NCBI GenBank assembly: GCA_030770535.1
Contig: JASVEC010000021.1
Span: 496,001 to 560,000 of the forward strand
Source: Batkoa obscura
Taxonomy: Eukaryota
DNA: 64,000 nucleotides
Direction: 5' to 3'
Shown: positions 63,142 to 64,000 of the stretch, one piece after another
Position numbering within the stretch: the stretch's first letter is position 1
Layout of the letters: each line of letters begins with the position of its first letter
Translations under genes and position numbers: made by a program
The notes under the pieces: generated by a model
Told to the model about the DNA's origin: nothing
Databases searched by the model: none
What the model saw: the letters and a program-made list of their open reading frames with translations, nothing else

Positions 63142-63945
63142 CTAATTTTCCAAATGATTTCTAGTAAAAGTTGGAAGAACAAAAGCAGCTCTATGAACTT
63201 CAGAATTGTAATAACGGCAAAGTTTAGCTTCTTGTTCTGGAGTCCATTTACGTAATGGGTTTTTAAGATCACGGTTTTCATTACAGCATAGAATAAATCC
63301 AATTTGTCCTGAAGGATAAGTTGGGATAGTGGTATAAGCATACTCAACTACTGGGAAAAGTTTTTTACTAAAAGTCTTTACTTCTTTAATAAGATCTAAG
63401 TGTAACCATTGGCATTCACCTAATTATTTTTAGACCAGAATACAAAAAAATAATTAAATTTTACCTTGAGTACTAATGATACCACCTGGAGTAAGAGCAT
63501 TCTTCATGAGTTCATAATAACGAGCTTGATAAAGGGATTCAGCAGGACCTTAAAGAATTAGGCTAGAAACAAATAACATAATTTAATCTTACCAACTGGA
63601 TCAGAAGAGTCAGTGATAATAACATCATAAGTACCAAGATGAGATTCAAGGAAAGGGAATCCATCTCCAAGATGAACTTTGACCTTAGGATGCTGGAAAC
63701 CAACAGCCATGGATGGCAAGTATTTCTTGCTAACTTTAATGACATCTTCATCAATTTCACATAATACAACTTCTTCAACGCTTTCATGCTTTACGATTTC
63801 TCTCAATACACCACCATCACCCCCACCAATGACTAATACCTTAAAACAGAAATAAGTGAAAGTTAAGAAAAAGAAACACTTGAGCATACTTTTTTAGGAT
63901 TAGGATGACTGTTCATTGGGATATGAGCAATCATTTCTTGGTATC
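63142..63945 (-). CDS. SPE3: Spermidine synthase, 3' part (gene continues beyond the window end)
   Basis: [84 protein letters not shown]; stop at 63142-63144. Confidence 0.95.
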
Positions 63946-64000
63946 TAAATAATCAAAATAAAGAAAAATAAAAAATAAGAATAATTACGAAAATTCATCT

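Noticed and set aside
63111..63200. Spermidine synthase-saccharopine dehydrogenase fusion as in Basidiomycota
   Set aside because: The frame stops at 63142 right after the synthase C-terminus and no dehydrogenase sequence follows

Overview
Very AT-rich, intron-containing eukaryotic DNA. Short GT-AG introns (mostly 45-100 bp) and the gene content point to a fungus, probably an early-diverging (Zoopagomycota-like) lineage; this is inference only. Hand-spliced genes: LSM4, SF3B4/HSH49, a tail-to-tail pair of M3A oligopeptidases, RPS1 (eS1/S3a), a tail-to-tail pair of UNC-93/NGT1-like MFS transporters, one giant (~3,375 aa) Cdc25-type RasGEF that the ORF track splits into five pieces, three dispersed miniature HSF-DBD genes with Tyr-rich tails, a small basic hypothetical protein, a secreted cationic peptide precursor, NoxB-type NADPH oxidase, a Siz/PIAS SUMO ligase and the 3' part of spermidine synthase. 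Intergenic DNA holds about 26 copies of one ~98-bp MITE (GRG...CYC ends, 4-bp AT-rich TSD, two empty sites visible), transition-riddled 3' fragments of a probable LINE, a ~545-bp near-perfect inverted repeat and several smaller foldbacks. Best candidates for undescribed biology: the mini-HSF family, the secreted amphipathic peptide precursor, the Sola-like MITE and its targeting of decayed LINEs, and the apparently differently targeted M3 peptidase pair. All exon boundaries and alignments were done by eye; no searches were run.
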